Assembly: GCA_024137785.1 (NCBI GenBank)
Contig: JAHRHZ010000095.1
Coordinates: 10,356,203 to 10,420,202 of the forward strand
DNA: 64,000 nt
Direction of reading: 5' to 3'
From: Ginglymostoma cirratum
Lineage: Eukaryota
In this document: piece by piece, positions 1 through 9,183 of the stretch
Layout of the letters: each line of letters opens with the position of its first letter
Position numbering within the stretch: position 1 is the stretch's first letter
The notes under the pieces: model-generated
What the model was told of the DNA's origin: nothing
The model's database searches: none
What the model saw: the letters and a program-made list of their open reading frames with translations, nothing else
Translations under genes and position numbers: made by a program

Positions 1-1100
1 AGGGGCCAGTGAAGAGGGACTGGGGGGAGAGGTGGATGGAGGAGAGTGGGGAGGGGGAATGGGGAGGGGGATGGGAGAGGAGTGGGGGAAGGGGAGAATG
101 TGATAGAGAGTGGGGTGAGGGGGATGGGGGAGCACACACTGAGAGGGATCGGTGGGTGAGGGGGATGGGGTAGGGGGATGAGGGATAGAGAGGGTGAGAG
201 GGATGGGGCGAGAGCACGGTGTGAGGGGTCGGGGAGGAGAACATGAGGTGTGGGGGTTGGGCAGAGGAGAGGGGAATGGGGTGCAGAGCGGTGTGAGGGG
301 GAAGGGGTAGCGCGGGGAGAGTGGGGTGGAGGGAGAGCGCAGGGTTGAGGGGAGAGAGAGAGAGACGGAAGTTGAGGGGGAGGGAGAAGGGGCGTGGAGA
401 GGGACTTGGGGGCGGTGGGGGCAGAGCAGCTTGAGAGGGCTGGGGGAGGAGAATGGAGTGAGGTGGATAGGTGGAGAGGGGAGATTGGGGAGGGGAAGAG
501 GGATGGGGGCGAGAGCGTGGGACGGGAGAGGAGAAGGCGATGGTGGGGAGAGAAGGGATTGGGGAGAAGTGTGGGGTTTGAGGGATGGGGGAGGAGAGGG
601 CGATGGGGGTAATGGGATAGAGAGTGGGGTGAGGGGGATGGGGGGGATCACTGGGTGAGAGGGATTTGGCGGAGAGTGAAGTGGGGGTGGAGAGCAGAAT
701 GAGGGGAGCCTGGTCTGAGAGGGATGGGGAAGAGAGAGGAATGGGGGTAGAGAGATGGAAGGAGGGTGAGGGGGATGGGTTGAGAGGGTGAGGGGGATGG
801 GTTGAGAGGGGAATCGGGGGGAGAGCAGGATGACGGAGTTTGGAAGTGAGGGGGCATGAGGGGAGAGCATGGTGTGACAGGGATGTGGGGAGAGTGCGGG
901 GTGAGAGGGATGTGGGGAGAGAGGGGGGTGTGGGGTTTGGGTGAGGAGGGGGTTGCAGGGTGAAGAAGGAGGCTTGGGAGGCATTGGGTAAAGATGGGGG
1001 GTAATTGGGAAGAGGGTGAAGGGGAAGGGAAGTGGGTGAAAGGGGTGGGGGGGCAGGGAAAAGAATGCAGAATGGGGGGAAGAAAGAAGCAACGAACTTG
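1..1100 (+). repeat. G/A-rich low-complexity tract with degenerate GAGGGGGATGGGG-like units
   Basis: Almost no C on the + strand; dozens of G3-G7 runs; recurring gtgagggggatgggg motif. Confidence 0.9.
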
Positions 1101-1167
1101 GGGGAGTCAAGGAGAAAGCTTGGTGTTTGCCAGGGGTGCACTAGAGACAGAGAAGGGATGGTGAGAT

Positions 1168-1266
1168 AACAAGGTGTGGGGCTGGATGAACACAGCAGGC
1201 CAAGCAGCATCATAGGAGCAGGAAAGCTTGACGTTTCAGGCCTAGACCCTTCATCAGAAAAAATCT
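1168..1266 (-). mobile_element. Short Penelope-like terminal repeat with hammerhead-like core; 11 bp TSD
   Basis: Near-identical to 8389-8482 and to the tail of the GIY-YIG fragment at 58585-58710; flanked by GATGGTGAGAT at 1157-1167 and 1267-1277. Confidence 0.75.
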
Positions 1267-2010
1267 GATGGTGAGATTATTGGTGAACAGGAGAGAGAGT
1301 GGGAGCAGGAGACTGAGCCTGCTGGGTGTTGGAGCGAGTCTGTTTGGGGTTACATGTGATGCAGGTGAGGTTGTGGTGGGGGTAGAGAGAGAGAGAGTGT
1401 GAATCTGATGAGGAGGGTGCAAGACTGGTGGATGCAGGGAGCCGGAGAGTGTAGAATTGTACAAAGTTGAAAGGCTGAAATTGAGAGCAGATTGAGGAGG
1501 TTGGGGCAAAGCTGTGTGGGAGAGTTGAAAACTGCAGCGTGATCATTGAGTGAGATGAGGACTGATTTTCAGGGATAGCCGGGTGAGTTGGGTGTGTCAG
1601 AAATGAGGGGGAAGCAAGCCATGGTGTGAGGTTCATGAAAGGTGGAGGAATCAGCAGCTCCAGTTTGAATGTAGGTTTCCCCATCTCTAACCCTGTTCTG
1701 GCGTGAAGATACTCCATGGAGTCAGGGACTGCTAACACCACCCGGGGTTGCTGTTGAAGCACGTGTCCCCAAAAGCATCCCTGGCCATCTGTTCACATCT
1801 CCATCCATGCCTCTCCTTCAGCCACCCTGCCCAACTCACAGCCTGTTATTCCTTGGGTGGTCCGTGGTCCTCACTATCCCCTCCTCTGTTCCTTTTATTT
1901 AGTTGCTATAAGTATCTCACAATTTGCCCCTAGAGGTTATAGCTGGGGTTAGTTCATTAGGGACACATTCCTGCACGAATATCTAGTAACTATTCCCTAT
2001 CTGTTTTCAG

Positions 2011-2106
2011 GATGATGAGTTACAATATGCAATCAAGCGACTGGTTGAAGGACTGGCAGCAACCCGTGAAGCAGCCCGTCCGGGCTTCAGCTTGGCCCTG
2101 GCACAG
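2011..2106 (+). CDS. MYBBP1A: MYBBP1A exon (~exon 2), DDELQYAIKRLVEGLAATREAARPGFSLALAQ
   Basis: ttttcag| acceptor, |gtcagt donor, 96 nt, phase 0-0. Confidence 0.93.
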
Positions 2107-2270
2107 GTCAGTCTCTTGGTTTAACAGACATGTAATGCGCATGGAGCCGTTACAACTAACAGACTGAGTACACCGTTGGAGCAATTTAATTTCTGGTCCT
2201 GGAACTGCAAAACCTGACAACCGTCTACAGCACCAAGATTTCTCTTTGATTCAGATGTTGCTCCTGTTCA

Positions 2271-2975
2271 AAGAGTAGTACAGCACAGGACCAGGCCCTT
2301 TGGCCCATCAAGACTGCACTGACACATGATGCCTTTCCAAGTTAAAAACCTTTTGCCTGTATTTGGTCCGTATCCCTCTATTCCTTGCCTGTTCATATTT
2401 CTGTAAAGATTCCTCTGAAACATTGCTATTGTATCCACCTCCACCACCTGCTCTGGCAGTGCATTCCGGGCACCTACCACTCTCTGTATAAAAAAAAACC
2501 TTAGCTCTCCTTTAAACTTACCCCCTCTCACCTTAAACCTATGTCCCTGTGAAAAAGATTCCAACCCTTACAATTTTGTAAACTTCTATGAGGTCACCTC
2601 TCTTCATACAATGTTCAAGTGAAAACAAACCAAGTTTGTCTGATTTTCCTTAGAGCTAATACCCTCCAAACAAGACAATATCCGATAAGCCATTTTTGTA
2701 CTGTTTCCAAAGCAACCACATCCTTCTCTGGTACTGTGGTGACCAGACTGTACACAATATTCCAAATGTGGCTGAACTAAAGTTCTATCCAACTGCAACA
2801 TGATCTGCCAATTTTTATTCTCTGTGCCCTGGCTGATGAAGGCAAGCATGTCAAATGCCTCTTGACCACCTTTTCCACTTGTGTACCCACCTTCAGGAAA
2901 CTGTGGACCTGTACATCTAGATCTCTCTGTGTAGTGATACTACTAAGAGTGCTGCCATTTACTATTTAATATCCC
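2271..2975 (-). mobile_element. CR1 LINE 3' fragment (degenerate)
   Basis: Minus-strand ORF remnants LVQPHLEYCVQ and FFIQRVVGARNALP, typical of the CR1 ORF2 C-terminus. Confidence 0.85.
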
Positions 2976-3029
2976 ACTTTGTGACATAGCCTTTGGAAAG
3001 CACACAGCCTGGCAATCTCCCGCTGAAAT

Positions 3030-3400
3030 CCTCAGCAATGCCTTTGCATCTTCTGGACTTCATTACTGCACTTCTCTCTTGGATGTCCTCTGTCATCCAT
3101 AAACTTGAACTCATTCAAAACTCAGCTGCTTATCTCCTGACTGGCATCAAGTCCTGATCATTCGTCACTCATGTTCCCACTGACTTTCGACGGCTACTGA
3201 ATCGACAATACAGTGATTAAAAATTTTCATCCTTCTTTTTCATTACCTCCTCTGCCTCATTCCCCTCCTCATTTCTGTATAGTCCTCCAGACAAACCTTC
3301 AGCAACTTGTCTGAGCATCTTCTCTGGCTCGGTGCAATCTATGGTTTTGCCAGCGCTTCTGTGAAACTCTGTTGTATGGTTTACTACATCAAGGAGACCA
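3030..3400 (+). mobile_element. L2-type LINE 3' fragment (degenerate)
   Basis: ccataaacttgaactcattcaaaactcagctgc and ttaaaaattttcatcctt resemble the L2 ORF2 end; opposite-orientation relatives at 4420-4930 and 17610-18230. Confidence 0.55.
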
Positions 3401-3616
3401 AATTTGTAGTCCTTTGTTGAAATTTGTTGATTCCACTAGAGGTAAAAATGCTGTTTTTCCCATTGTGGTCACATGCAGAACTTGGACAGAGTCTATGAAA
3501 GAGCCACGGTTGGGGCAGGGTCTGGCATTTTTATGTTCGGAGTGCCTGAGCCAGTTGCTAAATGCTCTTGGTGAAGCAGTAGAATATAGTTTAGTGCAGG
3601 AGTTTAGGACAGTGCA

Positions 3617-3666
3617 ATGAGTTTGGCTGAGGCACTGTTCCATGAGTTTGGCTGAGGCAATGATCC
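3617..3666. repeat. Tandem duplication, 2 x 25 bp
   Basis: atgagtttggctgaggcactgttcc / atgagtttggctgaggcaatgatcc. Confidence 0.9.
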
Positions 3667-3760
3667 AAATAACAGTTGATTTATGAATGTACTGTTCTGT
3701 TTTTACATCGAATACAATCCTTTGCTAGTTGTAACATCTTGCTAATTTATTTTCCAACAG

Positions 3761-3844
3761 CTCCTGTATTACAATGAGGATATCCCTCTGCAGAAAGTCC
3801 TGGAGCAGATCAAAGAGAAACATAATATAACAAAAGCAAAGAAG
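3761..3844 (+). CDS. MYBBP1A: MYBBP1A exon (~3), LLYYNEDIPLQKVLEQIKEKHNITKAKK
   Basis: tttccaacag| acceptor, |gtgagt donor, 84 nt, phase 0-0. Confidence 0.92.
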
Positions 3845-4419
3845 GTGAGTGGCAGTATCTGATTCTCAATTGTACTTGGCCTTAAATGTAGCAACAGCAG
3901 CTGATGAAGAAGGAGCATGAAATTACTTTGAAAACTTGTTTAGTATGCCTGTAAACAGCACCCCAATGCAAACTGCTGGTTCAGGTTTCAGAAACAGCTG
4001 GGGTGATCTGAAGCAATTCAGAAAATATTGCAATTGAAAATTTCTTCAAGGATTGAACTTGCCATATTTTGCTTGATTTCTGACGTTTTTAGAGTCATGA
4101 AAAACTTCAAATTGGAAACCTATATACTGGATTATGTAGTTCAGAAGTAGACCATTCAGCCCAACTTAGGTCTCATTTAAATTTACCAGTTTGACCTTAG
4201 CTGACAAAATTATCTTTTCCCTTCTCCCCAAATACTTGTCTAGCTTTGCCTGAAATACATCTAAACTGTTTGATTAAACCACTTCTATGCTGGTGAATTT
4301 CACTTTCTTAACATTTTGTCATTGTAGAAGTTTCTTCTAGATTTACTGTTCGATTTCTTGGTGTTTATCTTACATTGATGGTCTTTAGTTATGTCTTCCC
4401 TGCAAGGATAAACCATAAG

Positions 4420-4930
4420 GTTTATTTATGTAGCATTTTAACTAAAGGTAAAGTCTCAAGGTACCCCACAGGAGTATTATAAAATGGAGGATGATACTGA
4501 GCCAAATAAGTAGACATTAGGTCAGCTAATCAAAGGTTTGGTCAAACAAGGAGGCTTTAAGGATTATCTCAAAGGAAGAAAATTGGGTGGAGAAGCGGAG
4601 AGGTTTCGGGAGGAACTGGAGGCACGAGAACCAATGGTGGATTGATTACAATTGAACACTTGCAAGAAGAGAATTAGAGGAGCGCAGATATCGCAGAGGA
4701 TCATGGTGTTGAAGAAGGTGACAGACACTGGAAGTAGCAGAGCCAGAGAGGAATTTGAAAACATGGATAAGCATTTTAAGATCAAGACATTGCTTGGCTC
4801 ACTCAAGACATTGCTTGGCTGTGAGCCAACATGAGTCATCAAGCAGACAATGATGGGAAAAGGGACTTGTTGCAAGTTAGTGTACAGGCACTAGCATTTA
4901 GGATGGCCTCCAGTTCATGTAGTGTAGTAA
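4420..4930 (-). mobile_element. L2-type LINE 3' fragment with internal 18 bp duplication (4782-4820)
   Basis: Similar to 17610-18230; tcaagacattgcttggct occurs twice. Confidence 0.5.
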
Positions 4931-5029
4931 GTAGAATATCTGTTTAAATACGGTTGATAGGGGTACTGTCAGACAATATTACGGCAATGGAAATAGGTAG
5001 CCCTAGTGATGGCATGAATATGAGGGATA

Positions 5030-5985
5030 GCAAACAGGGTCATGGTTAATGAATATTTTCCCTAGGAGTTGTTATTTGGACCCTTGTTTTTACAGATATA
5101 TAAATGATCTGGGTCCTGGGTGAATGGGGCAATTTCAAAGTCTGCAGACAGCACAAAATTATGAAGAATTCTGAACTGTGAGGCAACTGTGTAGAACTTT
5201 TAAAAAGACGTTGACAAGTTGGTGGAATGGGCAGATAGATGGTAGATCAAGTTCAATATGGAGAAGTTTGGGGTGAAACAGTATAAAATGAAAGGTACTC
5301 TTCTAATGGGTGTGCAGGAGTAGGGAAACCTGGGCGTATATGCTTAAGTCATTAAAAGTGACAGTGCAGGTAGAGAGTTGTTTAAAATAGCATGCGGTAT
5401 TCATAAATAGAAGCATATAGTACTCGATCAGGGAGGTTATGATTCACCTATAGAGGACACTAGTTAGACCTCAGCTAGCGTATCATGCATAGTTATGGAG
5501 GATGTGAATGTATTGGAAAGAGTACAGAGAGGTTTAGGAGAATGGTTCCAAGAGAAGACATTTCAGTATGCAGAAAGGTTGGGGAATATGAGACTTTTTT
5601 TTTCCCTTGGAGAGCAAAAGACTAAGGAGATTTGTTAGAGGTTTTCCAAATCATGACAGGTCTGGACATTGTAGGAAAATATTGTTCCCACTTGTAAAAA
5701 GATCACAAACCAGAGGGCACAGTTTTAAAGTGAAAGAAGCAAATGTGAGGTGAGAAAACACTTTAATACAGCAGCTTGTTACAGTCTGGAATGCAGTGCC
5801 TGGGAGGGTGGTGGAGGCAGGTTCAATTAGGCTTTCATGAGGGCTTTGGATGATTATTTAAATGGAATTAATGTGCAAGGTTATGGAAAACACAGGAGAT
5901 TGATACTAAATTAAAATACTAAGTTAAAAAGGCCAACAGAGACATGTTAGGCTAAATAGCTTACTTCCACGCCATACTAATTCTG
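5030..5985 (+). mobile_element. CR1 LINE RT/3' fragment (old, degenerate)
   Basis: Recognisable gttagacctcagct, gttcaatatggagaag, agagggcacagttttaaagtg and tggaatgcagtgcctggg segments in CR1 order. Confidence 0.75.
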
Positions 5986-6074
5986 TTTACTAAAAGTTTT
6001 ACTAAAACTAGTTCTGGAAGTTTATCTTGGAATCAGATGTAGCACAAAGGTTGCAAACCTATTTGGTTAACTTC

Positions 6075-6973
6075 GCTGTGGAGCTGGAGGAACACAGCAG
6101 GCCAGGCAGCATCAGAGGAGCAGGAAAGCTGACATTTCGACCTGAAACCATAAGACAGGAGTGGAAGTAAGGCCATTCGGCCCATCGAGTCCACTCCGCC
6201 ATTTAATCATGGCTGATGGGCATTTCACCTCCACTTACCCGCACTCTCCCCGTAGCCCTTGATTCCTTGCGAGATCAAGAATTTATCAATCTCTGCCTTG
6301 AAGACATTCAACGTCCCGGCCTCCACTGCGCTCCGCGGCAATGAATTCCACAGGCCCACCACTCTCTGGCTGAAGAAATGTCTCCTCATTTCCATTCTAA
6401 ATTGACCCCCTCTAATTCTAAGGCTGTGCCCACGGGTCCTAGTATCCCCACCTAACGGAAACCGCTTCCCAGCGTCCACCCTTTCTAAGCCATGCATTAT
6501 CTTGTAAGTTTCTATTAGATCTCCCCTCAACCTTCTAAACTCTAATGAATACAATCCCAGGATCCTCAGCCGTTCATCATATGTTAGGCCTACCATTCCA
6601 GGGATCATCCGTGTGAATCTCCGCTGGACACGCTCCAGTGCCAGTATCACCTTCCTGAGGTGTGGGGCCCAAAATTGGACACAGTATTCTAAATGGGGCC
6701 TAACTAGAGCTTTATAAAGTCTCAGAAGCACATCGCTGCTTTTATATTCCGACCCTCTTGAGATAAGTGACAACATTCCATTCACTTTCTTAATCACGGA
6801 CTCAACCTGCAAGTTAACCTTTAGAGAATCCTGTACTAGCACTCCCTGATCCCTTTGTACTTCGGCTTTATGAATTCAAAGCTTTCCTGCCCCTCTGATG
6901 CTGCCTGCCTGCTGTGTTCCTCCAGCTCCACACTGTGTTATCTCAGACTCCAGCACCGGCAGTTCTCACTATC
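6075..6973. mobile_element. Composite: inverted Penelope-like terminal repeats enclosing a CR1 fragment; 13 bp TSD
   Basis: Arms 6077-6130 and 6880-6932 are reverse complements (1 mismatch, 1 indel); TTTGGTTAACTTC flanks both sides (6062-6074, 6974-6986). Confidence 0.8.
6147..6877 (-). mobile_element. Young CR1 LINE 3' fragment with an uninterrupted 205-aa ORF2 C-terminus
   Basis: ORF 6225..6842 LYKALVRPHLEYCVQFWAPHLRK...FFSQRVVGLWNSLP; the same tail recurs at 28223-28303 ending in (tcttatgg)n. Confidence 0.92.
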
Positions 6974-7947
6974 TTTGGTTAACTTCAGACTGTTGCCAGG
7001 GAGAGGGATTGAGTTTGGAGTGATCAACAACTGGAATATTAATTGCGAATATTGCTTGGAGGGAATTTCTACTCATCCAATCCTGATGTCAAAGTAGCAA
7101 TTGAATGAGTTAAGCAACATTGCAGGTGACAAGAGAGTTAGTGGTGAAATGGAGCAGGTATGATGTGTCCATTGGCCAGAATCAGTACTGTTAAGACTCT
7201 GGTGGTAACCTGTTTTGTTAATTGCATCTGTTTTTAGTTTGTGTAAGCATCATTCTTTAGTTTTAGTGTTCAAAATACATGTTGTGCTTCTAATAATCCA
7301 TACTTCTCCATTCCAAAGCATTGATAGGTTCCAACCATTTACTCTGCTTTTCAAGATTAATTGTAAACTTAGGATGGAGGAGATTCTGTATTCATTTGGA
7401 GCGCTTATAGTATGTTTGCACACTGTGTCTTTGTTAGGATCTGTCAGAGACAATTGCAGAAAACTAGTGTTTTCAGATGTGACAATGTATTTGGTTTTGT
7501 CTTGTGAAATATTCATGCATGAATCCCCTCCCGATAAAGAAAAAGCAACAGTTCTCATTCAAGCATCTGGTATGGTTGGAACCTGCCTGGTAGGATCAGT
7601 ATTACCTAAGTCAGTTTTATTGGTTTGTGACATTAGATCCCTGTTACTGTGATTAATAGTTAAGATCAGAGTGAAAATCAACATTCTACAGAATAATCTA
7701 GTGAGAGTGAGTTGGACCTGGGCCTGGGCTCCACATGATATGATACTGTTTTTGTTTGCATAACTGACCATGTGATTGGTACTTGGGTATATCTAGAACA
7801 TGCTGGCGGATAGATTGTGTGGCAGGTCTCCAATGTTACCCACCAACAAGTTGATGCAACGGACATGACGGGAAGAATTAAATATACAACTGTCCAGAAA
7901 TCTAGCCCAACACTGGGTAACTCAGTTTGCTATATTTCGTCTTCCAG

Positions 7948-8022
7948 AAACTCATCAGGAATGCTGCATTTGGAAATCTCTTTGGTGTCTTGGCACTTTC
8001 GCAGTCAGGACGGCTCACAAAG
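7948..8022 (+). CDS. MYBBP1A: MYBBP1A exon (~4), KLIRNAAFGNLFGVLALSQSGRLTK
   Basis: cttccag| acceptor, |gtaaaa donor, 75 nt; conserved NLFGVLAL.QSGRL motif. Confidence 0.94.
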
Positions 8023-8388
8023 GTAAAATTCAACCTTTCTAAATGCCTCTGAGACAATGGATGACAGCTAATATGTGTGAACGAGTGTTTCAGATCCACT
8101 TAATGCTGCTTTTCTGAACCAGCCTTCGGTTGATGCAAATGCACATGATGTTTGTTTAATGAAGCAGAGAGATACTGCAGTGTATAATGGGTTCTGCAAT
8201 TCCAGTCATTATTTTTTGTGGAAGTGAAAGGATTTTGCTTTGATTCTCTGTAAAATTATGCTGTGAAATTCCAGCAAATGCCCAGTTTAATGTTTAACAA
8301 CCAGCCTAGTGATAATCCAGTATAAATCTCAGGGCTGCTGATTCAATGTAACAAGTTACCAAATTCAAATCTGCCAGACATTCTTAGT

Positions 8389-8482
8389 TAACAAGGTGTG
8401 GGGCTGGATGAACACAGCAGGCCAAGCAGCATCATAGGAGCAGGCAAGCTCGACGTTTCGGGCCTAGACCCTTCATCAGAAA
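8389..8482 (-). mobile_element. Short Penelope-like terminal repeat with intact hammerhead-like core (8452-8479)
   Basis: Minus strand reads CTGATGA-A-GGGTCTAGGCCC-GAAACGTC. Confidence 0.75.
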
Positions 8483-8618
8483 ATGTCATTTTAATGGCGG
8501 TGAATGGGCTAATCTTCATTGCTGTCTGAATGGTTAGTAAGTGGTTGGGAAGCAAGGCATTGAGGCAGATAGCTGTTTACTCTTCTAAGGGAGTTTAAGA
8601 TCATTATTTGGTTTCAGT

Positions 8619-9119
8619 GTCATTGGGGACTCCATAGTTTGGGGGACAGATAGGAGATTCTGTGGGAACGAGAGAGACTCGAGGTTGGTGTGTTGCCTCC
8701 CAGGTGCCAGGGTCCGTGATGTCTCGGATCGTGTTTTCGGGACCCTTAAAGGGGAGGGGGAGCAGCCCCAAGTCGTGGTCCACATAGGCACCAACGACAT
8801 AGGTAGGAAAAGGGATGGGGATGTAAGGCAGAAATACAAGGAGCTAGGGTGGAAGCTTAGAGCTAGAACAAGCAGAGTTGTTATCTCTGGTTTGTTACCT
8901 GTGCCACGTGCTAGCGAGGCGAGGAATAGAGGGAGAGAGCAGTTGAACACGTGGCTACACGGATGGTGCAGGAGGGAGGGATTCAGATACCTGGATAATT
9001 GGAGCTCATTCTGGGCTAGGTGGGACCTCTACAAATGGGATGGTCTACACCTGAACCAGAGGGGTACCAATATCCTGGGGGGGGGATTTGCTAATGCTCT
9101 TCGGGAGGGTTTAAACTAA
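8619..9119 (+). pseudogene. CR1 ORF1 C-terminal SGNH/GDSL esterase domain (uninterrupted, no native start codon)
   Basis: VIGDSIV (block I), LPGAR (II), HIGTNDI (III), DGLHL (V); stop after EGLN. Confidence 0.9.
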
Positions 9120-9183
9120 TTCAGCAGGGGCTTGGGAACCTGATTGTAGCTCCAGTGTACAGGAGGTTGAGAGTAGTGAGGTC

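Noticed and set aside
326-857. G/E/R-rich and P/S-rich ORFs at the window start as MYBBP1A exon 1 or a novel gene
   Set aside because: Artefacts of low-complexity sequence; none resembles the expected N-terminal FLDFFWDIAKP motif
8605-8660. Acceptor-like tttggtttcag at the CR1 5' junction fusing MYBBP1A exon 4 to the esterase
   Set aside because: Exon 4 ends in phase 0 but the esterase frame needs phase 2; the spliced frame hits TAG after 11 codons
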